From: an uncultured Actinomycetota bacterium
GTDB lineage: Bacteria > Actinomycetota > Thermoleophilia > RBG-16-64-13
Length of the DNA: 64,000 nucleotides
NCBI GenBank assembly: GCA_963843515.1
Contig: CAWJKH010000005.1
Span: forward strand, 60,874-124,873
Direction: 5' to 3'
Shown: positions 60,541 through 64,000 of the stretch, one piece after another
Layout of the letters: each line of letters starts with the position of its first letter
Position numbering within the stretch: the stretch's first letter is position 1
Notes under the pieces: generated by a model
Told to the model about the DNA's origin: nothing
The model's input: only the letters and a program-made list of their open reading frames with translations
Databases searched by the model: none
Position numbers and translations under genes: made by a program

Positions 60541-60882
60541 GTGAAGTACATCATCGCCATCATCCAACCCGACCGGCTCGACGAGGTGATCGCCGCCCTC
60601 GAGGAGGAGGAGATCATCCTGCTGACGGTGTCCGAAGTGATGGGCCGCGGCCGCCAGAAGGGCGTGGCCGAGGTGTACCGGAGCCACGTGGAGCGCGGCG
60701 GACTGCTGCATAAGCTCAAAGTGGAGCTGGCCGTCAGCGACACCAACGTGTGGCAGGCTGTGGACGCCATCACCCGCGGGGCGCGCACGGGGAACATCGG
60801 TGACGGCAAGGTCTTCGTGCTGGACCTGGAAGAGTGCGTGCGTATCCGCACCGGAGAGACGGGGGTGTCGGCTATCGCGTAG
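60541..60882 (+). CDS. glnK: P-II nitrogen regulator (copy 2)
   Basis: [24 protein letters not shown]. Confidence 0.95.
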   Translation: MKYIIAIIQPDRLDEVIAALEEEEIILLTVSEVMGRGRQKGVAEVYRSHVERGGLLHKLKVELAVSDTNVWQAVDAITRGARTGNIGDGKVFVLDLEECVRIRTGETGVSAIA

Positions 60883-60889
60883 CCGTACT

Positions 60890-60963
60890 CCAAATGTATA
60901 GCCCCGGGGGCCATTCGTTACTACGTTTGGCGATAATACCTCGCGCCCTCGGTTCCCTACACT
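60890..60963 (+). promoter_or_regulatory. amt3 promoter with candidate activator site
   Basis: CCAAATGTATAG-N16-TTACTACGTTTGG-CGATAA-N21-TACACT. Confidence 0.62.
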
Positions 60964-60998
60964 TCTAAGAAGGATCTTCGTACGAAGGAGTGGGGGCC

Positions 60999-62231
<1,233 letters not shown>

Positions 62232-62254
62232 CGGGCGACCAAGGAGTCTGGGCC

Positions 62255-62596
62255 ATGAAGTACATCATCGCCATCATCCAGCCCGACCGGCTGGATGAAG
62301 TCATCGCCGCTCTCGAAGAGGAAGAGATCCTTCTTCTCACGGTATCGGAGGTCATGGGCCGCGGCCGTCAGAAAGGGATGGCCGAGGTCTACCGAAGCCA
62401 TGTGGAGCGAGGCGGGCTGCTGCACAAGCTCAAGATCGAGCTGGCCGTAAGCAACAGCAACGTGTGGCAGGCTGTGGATGCCATTACCCGGGGGGCCCGC
62501 ACGGGGAACATCGGCGACGGGAAGATCTTCGTGCTCGAGATGGAAGAGTGTGTGCGCATCCGCACCGGCGAGACTGGAGTGTCGGCGCTGGCATAG
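62255..62596 (+). CDS. glnK: P-II nitrogen regulator (copy 3)
   Basis: Nearly identical protein to copy 2. Confidence 0.95.
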   Translation: MKYIIAIIQPDRLDEVIAALEEEEILLLTVSEVMGRGRQKGMAEVYRSHVERGGLLHKLKIELAVSNSNVWQAVDAITRGARTGNIGDGKIFVLEMEECVRIRTGETGVSALA

Positions 62597-62636
62597 CGCA
62601 GGCCCGGATGTGCGGCCGGATTTGCTCCTGGCTGCT

Positions 62637-62709
62637 CCAAACGTACAACGGTCGGGCTCGTCAACCTATCCCTTTGTCTAAACCTCGGACGGGCCGTTCC
62701 TGCTACTCT
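62637..62709 (+). promoter_or_regulatory. mvhD-metF promoter with the same candidate activator half-site
   Basis: CCAAACGTACAA starting 67 bp before an extended -10 TGC-TACTCT, the same offset as at amt2. Confidence 0.55.
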
Positions 62710-62794
62710 CTTTTGTCCTAGTACCAGACGCCGCCGGACCGACCGGCGGAGCGGAGGAACGGCCCGTGGAAGACAGAGAAGGACGTCGCCCCCG

Positions 62795-63388
62795 ATGACC
62801 TCTTCCCCCGTGCTCTGTGAGCTCGGTCAGAACGCCCTCGCCTCCCCGTACGTGACAGTCTTCATGTGTGCCAACTGCGCGCGGGCAAGCAAGACGGCGG
62901 AGACCGCGTACCGGTCTCGGCCCGACCTTCCCAGCTTCGACTGGCCCTTTCCAGTGCAAGAGGTGCTCCTGCCGTGCACCGGCAGGCTGCAGCCGGAGCA
63001 TGTCCTCAAGGCCTTCGAGACCGGCGCCCGCCTTGTCTGCGCGATCGCCTGCCGCGAAGACAACTGCCACTACCTGGAGGGGAGCACGCGCTGTGCCCGC
63101 CGGGTAGAGTACGTGCGTGGCATCCTCGACGAGGTGGGTCTGGGGGCCGAGCGCCTGCTGCTGTTGCATCTCCCGGGCAGCGCCGCCGAAGACACAGCCC
63201 TGAGTGCGGGGCGACCGATGCCCGCCTGTTCGCCCGAGACCGCAGAAGCTGAGGTCGTCGCCGTCCGCGAGGCGGTGCTGGCGGTCCTGGAGAGCCTCAC
63301 ACCCACCCCACTGGACAGCGATGCCACCGAAGCAGCCATGGACCCCTACCAACAAGTGGACACCAGCTATGACAACAATGAGGACTAG
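62795..63388 (+). CDS. mvhD: MvhD-like hydrogenase iron-sulfur (delta) subunit
   Basis: FMC, PCTGR, LKAFETGA, C...NCHY.EG, L.EVGL..ERL, plus an acidic C-terminal extension. Confidence 0.82.
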   Translation: MTSSPVLCELGQNALASPYVTVFMCANCARASKTAETAYRSRPDLPSFDWPFPVQEVLLPCTGRLQPEHVLKAFETGARLVCAIACREDNCHYLEGSTRCARRVEYVRGILDEVGLGAERLLLLHLPGSAAEDTALSAGRPMPACSPETAEAEVVAVREAVLAVLESLTPTPLDSDATEAAMDPYQQVDTSYDNNED

Positions 63389-64000
63389 TTTCGCTCAGAC
63401 CTTGGCTTCCGGTCGCCCGGTCGTGACGGCCGAGTGTGTCCCTCCGCACAGCGGCGACGCGCAGGCGGTCGGGAGGCTCTCGGCGGTCCTCCCGTCCGGT
63501 TTGGACGCGGTGGTGGTAGCCGACAACCCCGACGAGATACACGGGTCGGCTCTGGCCTGCGCTGCGCTTCTCGCGCGTGAAGGCCGGGAGACCGTCCTCT
63601 CGCTGGTGACCCGGGACCGCAACCGCATCGCCCTGGAGAGCGACGCTCTCGGCGCCTCGGCCCTGGGGGTCGGCGCCGTCCTCTGCCTTAGCGGCAACCA
63701 CCAGTCTCTGGGGGTCTGTCCTCAGGCTGCCAGCGCCAACGACATCGATTCCATCCAGTTGGAGCAGATCGTCAAAGGGCTTGGACTGCCCGAGATGGTC
63801 ATCGGCGCGGTCGCCCATCCTCAGCAGCGGCCGCTGGAGTTGAACCTGCTCCGCCTGAAGAAGAAGATCTCCGCCGGGGCAGCCTTCGTCCTCACACAGC
63901 CGGTCTTCGACGTCGAGGCCTTCACTCTGTGGATGGAGGCGGTCCGTACGGCCGGGTTGGACCAGAAGACGGCCATCATCGCAAGCGTGCTTCCGTTGAC
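63378..64000 (+). CDS. metF: Methylenetetrahydrofolate reductase-family protein, 3'-partial
   Basis: Hand translation MRTSFAQTLASGRPVVTAECVPP...ADNP...TRDRNRIALESD...LCLSGNH...KKKISAGAAFVLTQPVFD. Runs off the window. Confidence 0.85.
   Translation, partial: MRTSFAQTLASGRPVVTAECVPPHSGDAQAVGRLSAVLPSGLDAVVVADNPDEIHGSALACAALLAREGRETVLSLVTRDRNRIALESDALGASALGVGAVLCLSGNHQSLGVCPQAASANDIDSIQLEQIVKGLGLPEMVIGAVAHPQQRPLELNLLRLKKKISAGAAFVLTQPVFDVEAFTLWMEAVRTAGLDQKTAIIASVLPL

Noticed and set aside
62795-63388. Selenocysteine recoding in MvhD or other redox genes
   Set aside because: There is no in-frame TGA at the Cys motif positions.

Overview
A 64-kb high-GC bacterial chromosomal segment with no rRNA, tRNA, CRISPR array, transposase or prophage. 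Gene content (rubredoxin, MvhD-MetF, flavin/Fe-S ene-reductases, URO-D-family protein, ATP-dependent electron activator) points to an anaerobe. A Thermoleophilia-like actinobacterium is plausible but is inference only. In order, the window holds: an alpha/beta hydrolase; modA and modB, each with its own promoter and a ModE-like palindrome, and no modC; an IclR-linked catabolic island (Tat-lipoprotein solute-binding protein, two OYE/Fe-S/FAD oxidoreductases, an isochorismatase-fold protein with an altered triad, URO-D family protein, cupins, nitroreductase); kdpFABCDE with a second upstream micro-ORF; housekeeping and unknown genes; a divergent membrane pyrophosphatase; two KimA-like permeases; a hut cluster whose HutH has Ala-Cys-Gly at the MIO site and which carries a MITE-like insert; a TPR-DUF4037-DUF4125 trio; MFS and SulP transporters; a PlsA/PlsR (Ger)-like ether-lipid operon followed by an MMPL transporter; and three amt-glnK pairs around a PucR-family regulator. 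A promoter motif at fixed spacing is shared by two amt genes and the downstream mvhD-metF genes. The stretch at about 47.9-57.2 kb is dense with single-base frameshifts that look like consensus errors. Isolated indels also affect the solute-binding protein (~4027) and create a spurious KdpD-KdpE fusion (~13815). Family assignments come from motif recognition, not database searches.
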